A DNA stretch of 64,000 nt, taken from an uncultured Bacteroidales bacterium (GTDB lineage: Bacteria; Bacteroidota; Bacteroidia; Bacteroidales; VadinHA17). The DNA lies in contig CAVRYU010000005.1 of NCBI GenBank assembly GCA_963725585.1, positions 287,823 through 351,822 on the forward strand. Direction: 5' to 3'. This document shows, one piece after another, positions 10,505-19,980 of the stretch. The notes under the pieces are model-generated. The model saw nothing but the letters and a program-made list of their open reading frames with translations, did not search any database and was not told where the DNA came from. Position numbers and translations under genes: made by a program. Position 1 is the first letter of the stretch; every line of letters starts with the position of its first letter.

Positions 10505-11575
10505 ATGAATCGCAGAAAATTCATTGAAACATCAGGCGCGGCAGCAGGAGCAGCCGTACTGGGAGGTGTTAATGCCGGTTTACAGGATAAGCCAGCTGTA
10601 AAGGGAACAAAGCAATCAGGTGCCTCTAAGATCAAAATAGGCCTCTATTCAATTACCTATGGCGGCATCTGGTATGAGGGGTCAGCACTTTCGTTTGACG
10701 AGCTGTGCAAACGTGCAAAGGAGTTTGGATACGATGGGGTTGAGCTTGATAATAAGCGCCCGATGGGCTCTCCAATTGATCTTGATAAGCGGAAAAGGGA
10801 TGAAATGTTGAATTCAATCCAGAAGTACGGACTTGAAATACCGGCTGTGGCCGCCAACAATGACTTTTCAAGCCCTGTCCCTGAGCACAGGGAATGCCAG
10901 TTGTTAATGGTCAGGGAGACTGCAAAACTTGCAAAAGACCTTGGAGCGAAATTTGTCAGGTTATTTGCGGCCTGGCCGGGAGTTCCTATCCATGAGGGCG
11001 TTGGTACTTACGATCTGACCAGAGGCAGCGAATTCTATACCTTTCAGAGGCAATACCCATTTGCTACACGCCTTGACCGTTATAATTTTGTTAAAGATTG
11101 TCTGAGGGAAGCTGCAAAAATGGGAGAGGAGAATGGTGTCGTGATGGTGCTCCAAAACCATGCTCCTCTCATAAGGGGCTGGAGAGACACGTTTGACCTG
11201 GTTAAGGAAGTCAACTCGCCGTGGCTGAAAATCTGTCTTGATCTTCCAATCTTTGAAAACCTTGAAAAAAGCTATGTTGCCAATGCTGTTCATGCAATAG
11301 ATAAACTCCAGGTTCATTCGCATTTCGGCGGAGAATATTACCGCGAACCAGGTGGTGCTATAAAACCAATAGTGCTCGATTACTATGCAGGCGGCATGAT
11401 TCCTGATTATGAGCATTATATTGGTTTAATGAGAGAGATAGGATATAACGGCTATTTTACATTTGAGCTCTGTCATCCTGTATTGAATGAAGATCATACC
11501 CGTGCCGGTATTGAGTTCGTACATGAACAGGCTAAGCTTGCACGGGAATATATGGGAAATATAATAGGTGGCTGA
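10505..11575 (+). CDS. Xylose-isomerase-like TIM-barrel (sugar phosphate isomerase/epimerase family) protein with twin-arginine signal
   Basis: 356 aa. The N-terminus MNRRKFIETSGAAAGAAVLGG looks like a Tat signal. GYDGVELD and later His/Glu-rich blocks fit the AP-endonuclease-2/xylose isomerase-like fold. Confidence 0.6.
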   Translation: MNRRKFIETSGAAAGAAVLGGVNAGLQDKPAVKGTKQSGASKIKIGLYSITYGGIWYEGSALSFDELCKRAKEFGYDGVELDNKRPMGSPIDLDKRKRDEMLNSIQKYGLEIPAVAANNDFSSPVPEHRECQLLMVRETAKLAKDLGAKFVRLFAAWPGVPIHEGVGTYDLTRGSEFYTFQRQYPFATRLDRYNFVKDCLREAAKMGEENGVVMVLQNHAPLIRGWRDTFDLVKEVNSPWLKICLDLPIFENLEKSYVANAVHAIDKLQVHSHFGGEYYREPGGAIKPIVLDYYAGGMIPDYEHYIGLMREIGYNGYFTFELCHPVLNEDHTRAGIEFVHEQAKLAREYMGNIIGG

Positions 11576-11593
11576 ACATAGATTATTGCTTTA

Positions 11594-12641
11594 ATGATAC
11601 AGGATATTATAAAAAGGGGGTTTGCAAGTGATAATAACTCCGGAGTTCATCCGGAAATACTTAAGGAAATTGAATCTGCAAATGCCGGACATGTTGTCGG
11701 ATACGGTTCGGACCCTTTCACTGAAAAGGCAAGAGAAATTTTTAAAGAACATTTCGGGAGGGAAACAGAGGCATTCTTTGTGTTTACAGGTACCGCCGCC
11801 AATGTTCTTGGCTTAAGCGGTGTTACGCGGTCGTGGAATTCGGTGATCACAGCTTTTTCAGCGCATATAGAACAGGATGAATGTGGTGCTCCTGAAAAAT
11901 TTACAGGATGTAAAGTCCTGACAGTTGACACTCCCGACGGGAAAATAAAGGCTGAGATGCTTGCGAAACATATGCATGGCATTGATTTTGAACATCATTC
12001 TCAACCGAAGGTGATTTCGATCACCCAGACAACAGAAATGGGAACCGTCTATACAGTGGATGAGATCAAAGCATTGGCAGATTTTGCACATAAAAGGGGC
12101 ATGCTCCTTCATATGGACGGAGCAAGGATAGCGAATGCAGCAGTTGCACTTGACCTCCCTTTTAAGGCATTTACTACCGAAGCTGGTGTTGATATTCTTT
12201 CATTTGGAGGAACCAAGAATGGCATGATGTACGGGGAAGCCGTATGTTTTCTTAAACCTGGTATTTCAGTAGATTTTAAATATATCCGCAAGCAGGGGAT
12301 GCAACTGGCTTCAAAAATGCGTTTCATTTCTGCACAGTACATTGCATATTTCAAAAATGAATTGTGGAGAAAAAATGCTGAACATTCAAATTCCATGGCA
12401 CTCATTCTTGCTGAAAAGCTGAAGAACCTGAAGGAAATTCATGATAACCCAGCCTGTTCAGTCAAACGGAGTATTTGCAATAATACCTAAAGCGGTTGCT
12501 GAGAAGGTAAGCGAAGTATTCTTCTTCTATCCGTGGAATGAGCATATATCGGAATACAGGCTTATGACCAGCTGGGATACAACTGAGGAGGATATTGATA
12601 ATTTCGTTGATCTGCTGAAGAAAGAATTATCTTATTCTTAA
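11594..12641 (+). pseudogene. ltaE: Low-specificity L-threonine aldolase, one frameshift near 12445
   Basis: FASDNNSGVHPEIL, FTGTAANV and FGGTKNG (PLP lysine). The C-terminal 66 aa (ITQPVQSNGVFAIIPK...) continue in another frame (12441..12641). Confidence 0.8.
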
Positions 12642-12670
12642 CCCTTCCTCCATCTCCTTCACTTTTGGTT

Positions 12671-12744
12671 TGCCCCTAAATCCCCTTAAGGGGACTTATT
12701 GATAAACAGGCTTTTACAAAACCCCCTTTAGGGGGTAGGGGGCA
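12671..12744. repeat. G5/C5 double-hairpin REP-like element (family member 1)
   Basis: tgcccctaaa + hairpin tccccTTAAgggga (12681..12694) + spacer + hairpin cccccTTTAggggg (12722..12735) + tagggggca. Related copies at 28011..28066, 23501..23561 and 54268..54337. Confidence 0.7.
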
Positions 12745-12846
12745 AAAAAATCGAAGAAAGAAGGCAGAACTCGACTTTTTCAACAACACCTAAGCGGAAG
12801 GGTTAAAAAACTAAATGACCTGGAGGAGTTAATGGGGTTCAGATAT

Positions 12847-12880
12847 AAAAAAAGCCGGACCATATGATCCGGCTTTTCTG
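12847..12880. terminator. Bidirectional intrinsic terminator between ltaE and tonB
   Basis: aagccgga (12852..12859) pairs with tccggctt (12868..12875). It is flanked by an A-run upstream and a T-run downstream. Confidence 0.6.
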
Positions 12881-12897
12881 ATAAAATTGGAATCCTA

Positions 12898-13677
12898 TTA
12901 TTTAAGAGTAAAGTTTATTGGTACCATGTACCAAACAGGAACAGGTTTTCCACCCTGTTTTCCTGGTTTAAACGTAGGAAGTGTCTTTACAACTCTGATG
13001 GCTTCTTTGTCGAGTTCAGGGTCAACACCCTTAAGGATCTCAACTTTATCGACGCCACCTTTTGAGGTCACACAAAATCTAACGATTACCTTTCCCTGGA
13101 TGTTGTTTTCCTTGGCAACTTCCGGGTACTGTGTATGTTCTCCGATGTATGCAAGCAAAGCTTGTTCACCACCAGGGAACATGGGCATTTCCTCTACAAC
13201 CACGAATGGTTCAGCGGCATCCACATCTTCCGTGACTTCTTCAGTAACAACCTGAACTGCTTCCACAACTTCTTCGTCCTTTACTTCAACCTGAGCCTGA
13301 TCGGCAGTCATAAGCTGTACATTATCTTCCGGCTTGACCGAGTCAACTACTACCGGAGGTACATATCTTGCTTGCTGTGCAGCATCCTGTGGAGGAGGAG
13401 GTGGTGGAGGAGGAGGCGCTACCTGTTCAGCCGGAGTATCAAGATTCTCCATCTTGATCTCAACCGTTCTTTCTGCACGTTTAGCCTTTTTTTCTGCAGC
13501 TTTTGTATTCAGATAAGGTACAATTATTGAAATACATATCAAAACTATGCCTATCATAAGTGCAATAAGTACGTTACGGTTATACTTTTTACGTAGTGTG
13601 TAAGCTCCGTACTCCTTGTTTCTGTTCTCAAAAACAATTTCGTCAAAGGCAGGTGCTTTATTATTTTCTTTTGCCAT
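12898..13677 (-). CDS. tonB: TonB family energy transducer
   Basis: 259 aa: N-terminal TM anchor, a run of nine prolines, an acidic EEV-rich linker, and a C-terminal TonB_C-like block (MPMFPGGEQALLAYIGEHTQYPEVAKENNIQGKVIVRFCV). Confidence 0.88.
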   Translation of the reverse strand: MAKENNKAPAFDEIVFENRNKEYGAYTLRKKYNRNVLIALMIGIVLICISIIVPYLNTKAAEKKAKRAERTVEIKMENLDTPAEQVAPPPPPPPPPQDAAQQARYVPPVVVDSVKPEDNVQLMTADQAQVEVKDEEVVEAVQVVTEEVTEDVDAAEPFVVVEEMPMFPGGEQALLAYIGEHTQYPEVAKENNIQGKVIVRFCVTSKGGVDKVEILKGVDPELDKEAIRVVKTLPTFKPGKQGGKPVPVWYMVPINFTLK

Positions 13678-13695
13678 TTTCTTAAGGTTTACGGG

Positions 13696-14376
13696 TTATC
13701 TGGCTGAAGCAGTGGTGGTGGGTGCAATTCCTGCAGCCTTTTCTATCATCAAAGTTTCATACCAGGCGATTTTTACGAACGTATAACGGGCAATTCCACA
13801 GATATTCATTTCATCGAGGATATCCACAAAATTACCGTAATTAGCATCCTTGTATGCTTTTATAAGTACGATTGGTCCGGTGTCGTCATCAGTTTTCATC
13901 CTGCTTTTTGTGTTCCGGGCAGAATCCTGTGATATCGGAATTTTACCTGAAAGAACCTGTTGATCAAATTCTGCAAGCCTTCTTGCCAGAGTTCTGTTCC
14001 TTTCGAGTAAAATTTTACGGATACCTTCCGCACTCATATCCGTCTCGGTAAGCGGAGGCAGAATTGGTGGGACAGCGCTATATTCCTCCGGTTTTACCGA
14101 TCCGGGGTAGGTGTAAACTTTACCATCCGGACCAAGTAAAATATTCAGAGTACGGCTCGCAGAAATCCTTGGAGCTTCTTGTTTGGTTGGATCCTTGATC
14201 CTCTCAGGAAGAATAATTTCCATGACCTTTGATTTTGTCATAGCGCCTACAAGCATAAAGAATACTATAAGCAGACACATAAGGTCAACCATCGGGGTCA
14301 TATCAATATGAGGAGCATGTTTTTTTGCTTTCCTCTTCCCGCCTTTTCCTTTTTCTTCTACAATTATCTCTGCCAT
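13696..14376 (-). CDS. exbD: Biopolymer transporter ExbD (long form)
   Basis: 226 aa with the HIDMTPMVDLMCLLIVFFML N-terminal ExbD signature. Confidence 0.85.
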   Translation of the reverse strand: MAEIIVEEKGKGGKRKAKKHAPHIDMTPMVDLMCLLIVFFMLVGAMTKSKVMEIILPERIKDPTKQEAPRISASRTLNILLGPDGKVYTYPGSVKPEEYSAVPPILPPLTETDMSAEGIRKILLERNRTLARRLAEFDQQVLSGKIPISQDSARNTKSRMKTDDDTGPIVLIKAYKDANYGNFVDILDEMNICGIARYTFVKIAWYETLMIEKAAGIAPTTTASAR

Positions 14377-14377
14377 A

Positions 14378-15016
14378 TCATTGCTGTATTTCTTCTAGGT
14401 TTATTTTAGCTTCTTCAAGATTTGTAACCAGATTAAACCTGTTTACATTCTTTTCCTGAAGAATATCAAGGACCTTCTCGACAACCGCGAATTTGGTTTT
14501 TGTATCTCCCTTGATCGAAGCTTTGATATTCGGATTCACCTGTCGTGCACAAAGGATCCAGTTTGCCAGCTGATTATCAGTTGAGTCCATCGGAATTCCG
14601 GTCTGCAGACTCTTCCTGATATTATTATCCTTGGTATCGAGCCATTCTTTCATCTGCATTATCGGAACACCCATTGAAGACATTTGTTGCTGGAAATTCC
14701 TCAGTTCGGCAGGAGTGAATTCGATGCCGTACCTTTTTCCCATCTCAGCGAGAATCTTCGGTCTGAACGCAAGAATGGTATCTGGTCCGTTATCAAAATT
14801 CATAAAAACCTTTCCATCAGGGGCAAGCAGGAAAGTCATTGAATTAAAATCATCAATCTTGGTTTCTGATATTGAAAAGGGCGTATCAACATTGGCCGGT
14901 TCTTGTTGCCTCATCGTTGTGGTAAGCATAAGGAAAATAAGTACCACTGAGAACAGGTCAACCATCGGCGTCATGTCAATATGGGGCGACTTGGTTGGTA
15001 ATTTAATCTTTGGCAT
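14378..15016 (-). CDS. exbD: Biopolymer transporter ExbD (second copy)
   Basis: 212 aa with the HIDMTPMVDLFSVVLIFLML signature. There is a 1-nt gap to the next exbD. Confidence 0.85.
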   Translation of the reverse strand: MPKIKLPTKSPHIDMTPMVDLFSVVLIFLMLTTTMRQQEPANVDTPFSISETKIDDFNSMTFLLAPDGKVFMNFDNGPDTILAFRPKILAEMGKRYGIEFTPAELRNFQQQMSSMGVPIMQMKEWLDTKDNNIRKSLQTGIPMDSTDNQLANWILCARQVNPNIKASIKGDTKTKFAVVEKVLDILQEKNVNRFNLVTNLEEAKINLEEIQQ

Positions 15017-15056
15017 CTTTTTTCTTTTTAGTGATTATAAACCAAAAGATTCATCA

Positions 15057-15875
15057 TTACTTGTTTTTCAGTGAGGCAGCAAAATTCTGTGTCAGACTGA
15101 AACCTGCTTCATCAATTTTAAATGTGTAAGCGTCAATGGTTGAGCTAAAATAGTTGAACGCGATAATTGCCAATGTTGAACCTGTGATACCGAATGCAGT
15201 ATTTACAAGAGCTTCTGAAATACCTTGTGAAAGTGCAAGAGCATCAGGAGCGCCTGACTGTGCAAGAGCAGCAAATGCGCGGATCATACCGAGAACAGTT
15301 CCGATAAGACCGATCAACACCGATATTGATGCCAGGGTTGTGAAGATAACCATGTTCTTTGAAAGCATCGGAAGTTCAAGAGCTGTTGCTTCTTCAAATG
15401 ATTTCTGGATTGACAGGATCTTCTGATCTTTTTCAAGCTCCTTGTCATTCTGAAGGTCACGGTAGCGTAAGAGGCCTGCTTTCATGACATTTGCAAGTGA
15501 ACCTTTCTGCTTGTCGCATGCTTCAAGAGCTTCTTCAATTTTGTCCTGAGCCAGCAGATCCTGAAGGTGACGGACGAAAGTGTTCAGTCTGCCTTTACCT
15601 TTTGCTCTTGACAGCGTTATTATCCTTTCAATAATGAAAATGATAAGTACAAGCACGCATGTCATAAGAATAGGGACAATATAACCGCCCTTATAAATAA
15701 TACCTAAAAAGTTACCCTCCAGTGCAGCCATTTTATTATTGCCACCTTCGAAGTTAACTGGGTTCCCCATTACTGTCACGAACAAAATATAGGAAACCAC
15801 AAAAGCTATTAAAATAGCGCTTACTGCAAACACATTCTGCAGTGTTTCTTTAAAAGAACTTCCTTGTTTACTCAT
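15057..15875 (-). CDS. exbB: MotA/TolQ/ExbB proton-channel protein
   Basis: 272 aa with LIGLIGTVLGMIRAF ... GISEALVNTAFGITGS, the conserved ExbB/TolQ C-terminal TM pair. Confidence 0.88.
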   Translation of the reverse strand: MSKQGSSFKETLQNVFAVSAILIAFVVSYILFVTVMGNPVNFEGGNNKMAALEGNFLGIIYKGGYIVPILMTCVLVLIIFIIERIITLSRAKGKGRLNTFVRHLQDLLAQDKIEEALEACDKQKGSLANVMKAGLLRYRDLQNDKELEKDQKILSIQKSFEEATALELPMLSKNMVIFTTLASISVLIGLIGTVLGMIRAFAALAQSGAPDALALSQGISEALVNTAFGITGSTLAIIAFNYFSSTIDAYTFKIDEAGFSLTQNFAASLKNK

Positions 15876-16048
15876 TTTTATCGATTTTGGTTAGGTTAAA
15901 ATTTTGTTGACTTGCAAATATATGTTTTCAAATGTTTTTTTCCAATAGCTCAATAAAATATTGTTAAACTTTTAAAACAGTTTACATTTTTTCCAGAATA
16001 TATGACCCTTTAACGAACCATTAACCCTATGCAATAAGCCACTTTTTT

Positions 16049-16097
16049 AGCTATCAGCCATCAGCTATCAGCTACCTGTCTCCTGTCGCCTTCAGCC
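16049..16097. repeat. Heptanucleotide tandem array (7 units)
   Basis: agctatc agccatc agctatc agctacc tgtctcc tgtcgcc ttcagcc. It lies 5 nt 3' of the stop (16103..16105, minus strand) of the TPR gene. Confidence 0.8.
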
Positions 16098-16102
16098 TAA
16101 TG

Positions 16103-18382
16103 TTACTGTTCAAGTTTTATGTTATATACTCTCAGCTTTGTAATTGCAACCTCCTGTGTCTTATATCCTTTTGCGCTTATAATAAGAAATTCTGAGTTTT
16201 GCGGAATTTCGAACCTATATTCCCCTTTAACATTAGTCAGATTTTCAGCAGCGGTGTCTTTTACCCTCACTGATGCATAAGCTATTGGTTTGCCGGCTTT
16301 GTCGGTTACAAGACCCTTTATTTCATTCGGATTTATACCTTTCTTAACAGAGACCTGGTATTCACGTATGTAGTTAAGAGTACTTTTTGCAGAGGCGTTT
16401 GCTGCATCAAGGGCAAGAATCTTTTCGTAGGCTTCTGCTGATTTTGCCAGATACCCCAGTTTCCCTTCAAGTGTCTTTTCCTGGCCTGCAGCTTCTCTCT
16501 CAAGATTGCCCAAACCATTATAGCCCTTTATCTTGTTTTCTTTGCTCTGTGGATTAAGATTGATCATTCTGTTATAGTAATCCTTTGCTAGGGAATAGTT
16601 TCCATTAACCAAGTTAATATAACCAAGATAAGATAGAGCCTCCATTATTTCGCCTTCATTTTTAAGTGAATCTTTAGCGGCAATACTCAGGAGCTTTTCA
16701 AATTTTGGTTTTGCCAGTCCTAGTTTTGTGTCAGGATCCATCCTGGAATATGTACGTGCTGTGTAAACATAAGCCGGCAGATAGTCGGGCGATTTCTTAA
16801 TTACAGCGCTGAATAATGAATCGGCTGTTTTGTATTTTTCTCCGTTGTAGTAAGCTCTTCCGACCTGCATATAATCGGCAAGATTGTTTTCCTTTGCCGG
16901 GTCAATAAGTTTTGCCCATATTTTGGCTGCTGAATCATATCTTCTGTAAGTATAATAATTTGTAGCCATTTCACTCAGAATTGATCTCTCGAGGGAGGTC
17001 ATTGGTGCATTGGGATCGGTACGCTTGAAATTGAACGCTAAATTGTATTCTGCAAAACCCCTGTCGAGCTCTTTATTAGCCGCTGCAATACCAGTTTCAA
17101 GACTTCCGATTTTTTTCGTAAGTTCATCAACTGAAGCTGCGAATTTGGGTTTATTGGCAGCTGTTGCAGTTGAAAGTCTTGATTTCTCCTTGTCGAGCTG
17201 GTTTTGCAGGCTGGTTAATTCATCAACCATTTTCGGATAGTTCTGATTCTTCTTCATAAGGATCCTTGCCATATAATGGTGGTCTTTCTGTATAATTGAT
17301 TCCTTATCAACTGTTTTAAACAGCTTCTCCATATATTCAAGGGCTTTACCATAATCCGGATTTTCCTTCTCATAATATGAATAGCCGGCCAGACGGTTCA
17401 TATAGCCTCTCGACTGATCAACTGCAAGTATCTCTTCAACATTCTTCACAACCTCATCATAATCACCGGCATAAAAGAGCGAGTTGACATATTTGATTTT
17501 TGCCGGAATATTACCCGCGGTAAGATCAAGGTATTTCTTGAAATTCGTTTTTGATTGCTCCAGACGTCCTGCCCGCCAGTAAACCTGTCCGAGTTCACGA
17601 TAGGCGGGAGCAAAGTTGGCATTAAGCTTGATTGCTTCTTCGAAGTTTTCAATAGCCTGTGGTAAAGCACGTCCTTTTGAATAAATGGTTCCGATCTTCA
17701 TAGCTGCGGTCGGAGACTGCGGATCGGCAAACTGTGCAAGATTATAGTTCTTAATGGAGTTGGTCCCGTCATTTGCCATAATGTAAAGATCACCGGCTAT
17801 CAGAAATATCTCTGGATTTTTGGAATCAATTTTAACCGCCTGCCTGATCAAAGGTAGAGCCAGTGATGTATCAACACTGCCTTCCTTTGCATATGATTCA
17901 GCAATTTTTGCCAGTGCAAATGCATAATCCTTGGCGGGAGGGCTTATCTTTTTGAGATTTTTATAGGGTAAAAGAAAGCTTTTAGCCTTTGCACGCATTT
18001 CATTTGCCCTGGCATCATCGCCAAGGTAATTTGCCACCTTTGCCAGTCCTATATAGTTAAGGGGATCATTCGGATTTGCGCTGACACCTTTCTGGTAAAT
18101 CTCATTGGCTGCCTTGGTTGCAACAGCCAGTGAATTGGAAATTGTATCAGCAAAATAGTTGAGAAGATAATTTTCACCGTAATAAAAATAGTTTTTGCTG
18201 TTTCCGGGTTCTTTCTGAATCAATGCTTTGTACATCTCTTCAGCCTTATCATACGATTCACTTTTTGTCAGCTGAATGGCACTGTTTAAATCCTGCGACT
18301 TAATGCCGTAAATCATGATAACAGAAAATAATCCTGTCAGCAAAAACGCCTTACTAAACATCGAACTTTTCATAGCTTTCAA
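16103..18382 (-). CDS. TPR repeat protein with C-terminal carboxypeptidase-regulatory-like (CarboxypepD_reg) domain
   Basis: 759 aa: signal peptide, many TPR-like repeats, and a C-terminal GLVTDKAGKPIAYASVRVKDT...GEYRFEIPQNSEFLIISAKGYKTQEV beta-sandwich signature. Confidence 0.75.
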   Translation of the reverse strand: MKAMKSSMFSKAFLLTGLFSVIMIYGIKSQDLNSAIQLTKSESYDKAEEMYKALIQKEPGNSKNYFYYGENYLLNYFADTISNSLAVATKAANEIYQKGVSANPNDPLNYIGLAKVANYLGDDARANEMRAKAKSFLLPYKNLKKISPPAKDYAFALAKIAESYAKEGSVDTSLALPLIRQAVKIDSKNPEIFLIAGDLYIMANDGTNSIKNYNLAQFADPQSPTAAMKIGTIYSKGRALPQAIENFEEAIKLNANFAPAYRELGQVYWRAGRLEQSKTNFKKYLDLTAGNIPAKIKYVNSLFYAGDYDEVVKNVEEILAVDQSRGYMNRLAGYSYYEKENPDYGKALEYMEKLFKTVDKESIIQKDHHYMARILMKKNQNYPKMVDELTSLQNQLDKEKSRLSTATAANKPKFAASVDELTKKIGSLETGIAAANKELDRGFAEYNLAFNFKRTDPNAPMTSLERSILSEMATNYYTYRRYDSAAKIWAKLIDPAKENNLADYMQVGRAYYNGEKYKTADSLFSAVIKKSPDYLPAYVYTARTYSRMDPDTKLGLAKPKFEKLLSIAAKDSLKNEGEIMEALSYLGYINLVNGNYSLAKDYYNRMINLNPQSKENKIKGYNGLGNLEREAAGQEKTLEGKLGYLAKSAEAYEKILALDAANASAKSTLNYIREYQVSVKKGINPNEIKGLVTDKAGKPIAYASVRVKDTAAENLTNVKGEYRFEIPQNSEFLIISAKGYKTQEVAITKLRVYNIKLEQ

Positions 18383-18481
18383 ATTTGAAAAAGATTTATT
18401 GTTTTAAATATTAATTCTTAGTTAATAGTATTCATTCTTACCCCCCCCTTACCCCCTTCCCAGGGGGAATTGGGTAATATG

Positions 18482-18516
18482 CTTTTTACTTTTGTCTTTT
18501 TACTTTTGTCTTTTAT
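18482..18516. repeat. Heptanucleotide tandem array (5 units; 14-mer x2.5)
   Basis: cttttta cttttgt cttttta cttttgt cttttat, directly abutting the stop (18518..18520, minus strand) of the PstS-like gene. Confidence 0.75.
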
Positions 18517-18517
18517 C

Positions 18518-19498
18518 TTATTCTTTTCTTACCTGAACGAGCCTTACCGGCATTGTGGCCGGAACAAGACCTGATTTCAGCACAATAGTTTGTCCCTGCT
18601 GGGAAGTCGTCCACTGGATAAATCCTGTTCCCAGCCCCTTGTGGGTCTCTCTCGAAATAAGATAGACCTCTCTTATAAAAGGATATGATTTGTTTGCAAT
18701 TGACCCCTGAGCGGGGCGATAATATGAACCGTCATTAACAAACTGCTGGGAAATAGCCAGCACATTCACCTTTTTAATAAAACTTCTGCTTACCGGATCA
18801 TCCTTGTCGCTTATCCAGTTCACGCTTATGATCCCAATTGCTTCAGGATTTCTTGATACAAAATCGATCACTTCGGTATTGCTTTTAACAGCGTAAAAGT
18901 TTTTGCCAAGACTGTCACTAATTTCAAACAGCTCTTTGAAATACCTTATATTACCCGATTTGTTGCTGTCGAAAATAACACTGACCTTTCCAAGCTTCGA
19001 TTTGGCATTTATCTCCTTCCAGTTATTTATCTTGCCTTTGAAAATATCCCTTACATTATTATATGTAACAAGTGTATCAAGGTTTTCCTTATTCGTTATC
19101 AAAGCCAGGGCATCATATGCAAAAGTTATTGTACGCCCTATAATCAGATCCTCGCGAAGATATTGCAACTGACTGTCAGACAGTTTTCTGCTTGTTACCA
19201 TCACTTTCACGGAATCATTCATGAAATCATTTACAACATCAAATTCAGGCTTATATTCAGGCTTGATCTGTGCTTTCTGGTAAAGGGAAGTGAAAGTATA
19301 AATCTCAGTATCAATAAGTGGTTGAAAAGATTCATCAACAGAGATTTTAATATTGCCGCTTGTAGGGGTATCTGTAATTTCTTTCGGTTTTCCGGAATTG
19401 CATGAGATCAGGAGTATAGGAAATATACATAGAAACAGAAAACTGATTCCTGATGTCAAAATCCTTCGGGATTTAATTCTCACGTTTGTAAAGTTCAT
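18518..19498 (-). CDS. PstS-like (PBP-fold, PhoT family) substrate-binding lipoprotein
   Basis: ORF 18518..19558 trimmed to Met at 19498 (MNFTNVRIKS...). It has a lipobox LLISC. GNIKISVDESFQPL and later blocks resemble periplasmic phosphate-binding-protein-like folds. It is the first gene of the Ton operon. Confidence 0.65.
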   Translation of the reverse strand: MNFTNVRIKSRRILTSGISFLFLCIFPILLISCNSGKPKEITDTPTSGNIKISVDESFQPLIDTEIYTFTSLYQKAQIKPEYKPEFDVVNDFMNDSVKVMVTSRKLSDSQLQYLREDLIIGRTITFAYDALALITNKENLDTLVTYNNVRDIFKGKINNWKEINAKSKLGKVSVIFDSNKSGNIRYFKELFEISDSLGKNFYAVKSNTEVIDFVSRNPEAIGIISVNWISDKDDPVSRSFIKKVNVLAISQQFVNDGSYYRPAQGSIANKSYPFIREVYLISRETHKGLGTGFIQWTTSQQGQTIVLKSGLVPATMPVRLVQVRKE

Positions 19499-19638
19499 TG
19501 GTGAAAAACTCCGGGATGCAATAATAATAAAATTTCGACAAACTTCAGCTAACTTCATATACTTAATATTTTATAACCATTTGTCTCATATTATAATTGA
19601 ATTACTGCAAAGTATATGCCAATACATGTTTCAGTCAA

Positions 19639-19905
19639 TTATTGATCGTCATCTTCATCCTGATGCCTGAAAAAGAGTTTCACAATACTTACATAAGTTG
19701 TATAAGCCCTGTAGAGGCCGTAGAATATGCAAAATACACCAAATATTGTAAAAACAGGTTTGCCCATGATGCTCTGCTTCGCATCAAAAAAGAATAACAG
19801 GAATATGCCAACCCCTAAATAGAAAAAGACCATGAATAGGCTGAAAATGGCAGTCATCTGTTTCATTATCTTATTATCGTTCATACCGAATCTTTTAGTT
19901 AACAA
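19639..19905 (-). CDS. Small membrane protein (two TM segments), function unknown
   Basis: 88 aa with two hydrophobic helices and an acidic C-terminal tail (HQDEDDDQ). No family recognised. Confidence 0.5.
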   Translation of the reverse strand: MLTKRFGMNDNKIMKQMTAIFSLFMVFFYLGVGIFLLFFFDAKQSIMGKPVFTIFGVFCIFYGLYRAYTTYVSIVKLFFRHQDEDDDQ

Positions 19906-19980
19906 ATTAACAAATAATCATCGTACAATCAAAAACTTTTTTTACCAAGTTACTATTTATTTACACGAAACTGGATTTTA

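Noticed and set aside
10961-11416. 151-aa ORF antisense to the TIM-barrel gene; likewise 33021..33497 antisense to pta and 52269..52673 antisense to dnaE2
   Set aside because: All are embedded opposite strongly supported CDSs and have no recognisable motifs.
13135-13530. ORFs antisense to tonB, including a poly-Gly stretch (13334..13516)
   Set aside because: The poly-Gly is the complement of the TonB poly-Pro linker. These are shadow ORFs.
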